Assembly (NCBI RefSeq): GCF_006345805.1
Contig: NC_043002.1
Span: 1,674,001-1,738,000 of the forward strand
Direction: 5' to 3'
Length of the DNA: 64,000 bases
Origin: Octopus sinensis
Taxonomy: Eukaryota
The notes below the pieces were generated by a model. The model was given only the letters and a program-made list of their open reading frames with translations. It searched no databases and was not told where the DNA came from. This document shows positions 62,236-64,000 of this stretch, piece by piece (the stretch's first letter is position 1; each line of letters opens with the position of its first letter). The position numbers and the translations under genes were made by a program.

Positions 62236-64000
62236 ATATATATATACATACATACATACATGTGTGTGTGTATCTGTGTGTGTAGTAGTTGAGCTCATTC
62301 ATATACTTGAATGTAACAAATTAGCACATTTCTTGCGTGAGAAGTAGGTAGGTAAACTGCAGCGGATTCTCAGAGTAACGATGAAAGTCAGCAAGAAATA
62401 TACAAAATAGAGTAAAGTCTCCAGGAAAATCCATTTGAGTAAAACATTACATAGAAAATACCTGCTCTCTAGTCTGGTAAACGACTTTTCTTCTGGACTA
62501 TGTACATTTCTGTTTCTTCGTTTCGAACCGCAATTTTGCGATGAGAATATCTAAACTTAAATGTTCATCACATTATGATTCTACATCTCATCTTCGTACT
62601 TCATAAGATTTTATTACTGTTAATCATTTTGTTTATTTTCTTCACTGCAAATATTTGCAGTGAACTTCTGTTTTCCAATATTAAAATGCAACAAAACCAA
62701 TATACGTCAACAACAGTTTTCTGAAGCACAAAATAAATGTTATATAGACACAAAATATATATGCTATATAAACACAATATAAATATCATATAACCTTAAA
62801 TACTATATCTTTTTTTAGTTGGTTTGTCAAAGAGAATGTTTGAAATGTATGATTTGTTGTCATTATCAGTTGTCTGTGTGTCTCCCGCTGCATCTGAAGT
62901 TGATTAGATCTATGGGAAACATCTCAAATACAAAACGTATTCAAATGGTTTTCGAATAACTCGATGTTACCCAACCATAATCCTAATGATGATAAATGCA
63001 TTTTTCTCTTACTCTCATTTGCTTTATGTGAAGAAAATGAACTGTAATTCCACAGTTACCTTAATTTGATATTTATAAATATTTATACTATTTCCATCGT
63101 TCAATGGTTAACCAGGTATTCTTTTTATCTTACACGAAATTCAAGAGTGGAATTGAATCCAAATGTTAATTCTCTATGCTAAGGTTTAGAAATATTCTTA
63201 ATACGTTCGTGTCAGTTGGGGATCATTCAACATTATCATTCAAGTATGATAAGGATTCCTCGGCTCTTTATATTTCTATATGCTAGCACAGAAAATCTAG
63301 GGAAGATTATAATGTATAAAACAGTCAAAGATTATATGTTGACACATTGCCAACGGAATTATTTGCTCATTATCAAAGTTCATAGTAAATAAAATACAAA
63401 TAACTTTCCGATTAAAACATATTAAGTTCAATATACTGTAATGTTACGTCGATGGAGACGTCGATATAATCGGAAAAAATAACGAAATGGCAACTAAAGA
63501 TATCTTCGTCTATTCTTAAAGGCTATTTTGCCGAGTTAGTTAATAATTAAACATAGAAGGGGCACAAAGCTATTAACGCCATTACCTTTCGTTCACAAAG
63601 TTCCCATTCAAATTTTGTTATATAGAACTACTGACAAGTTAAGAATATCCGCCAAGGTGTTTAAAAATAATTGCTACTTATGTTTGAAAAGAGATGAACA
63701 CCATTTTGAAGCAGTTATTATCAAAGTGGAAACAATGTTCATCTCTAGAGAAGCATTTCCTTACAAAAAAAGAACAATGTGTGAACAAATGAATATCCAC
63801 CATGAAGTTTCCTCGAAACGAATATAGATTCGAGAAGAACTATTCCAATAATTCTTGAACCAAAGTTGTTTTCTTTAGAGATGTGAAATATAATTTATGC
63901 AGGAGTTGAGAAGGTAAATATTAAAGCATCTTATAATCAAATAGAAAAAACAAGATGGCGATGTACAATTTGAAAGTATTTCGTAGCATTCTTCATCCTT

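Overview
Eukaryotic, AT-rich, microsatellite-dense genomic DNA with no host protein-coding gene that I can support. The SINE families and the (TA)n/(TATG)n load suggest an octopus; this is recognition from memory, not a database result. The window is a stack of mobile elements: CR1-group LINEs, several R4/Dong-type restriction-like-endonuclease (RLE) LINEs sitting in (TAA)n tracts, Penelope-like element (PLE) pieces, three tRNA-derived SINE families, two mariners, a DD34E Tc1, a DD37E-spaced (TRT-like) Tc1, a palindromic MITE and an internally deleted L1/Tx1-like element. Main observations: (1) a 750-bp-period, ORF-less, direct-repeat element (9388-10202) carrying hammerhead ribozyme (HHR) strands in a non-circularly permuted order, a candidate retrozyme-like element; (2) several distinct PLE-type minimal HHR motifs, including an inverted pair; (3) R4/Dong copies inserted into the poly-Asn (AAT)n coding linker of a Penelope ORF; (4) a LINE ORF1 with a Myb/SANT-like domain and four CCCH fingers, with a UUUUUUA slippery site where the ORF2 frame opens. 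All domain and family calls come from reading motifs by eye.
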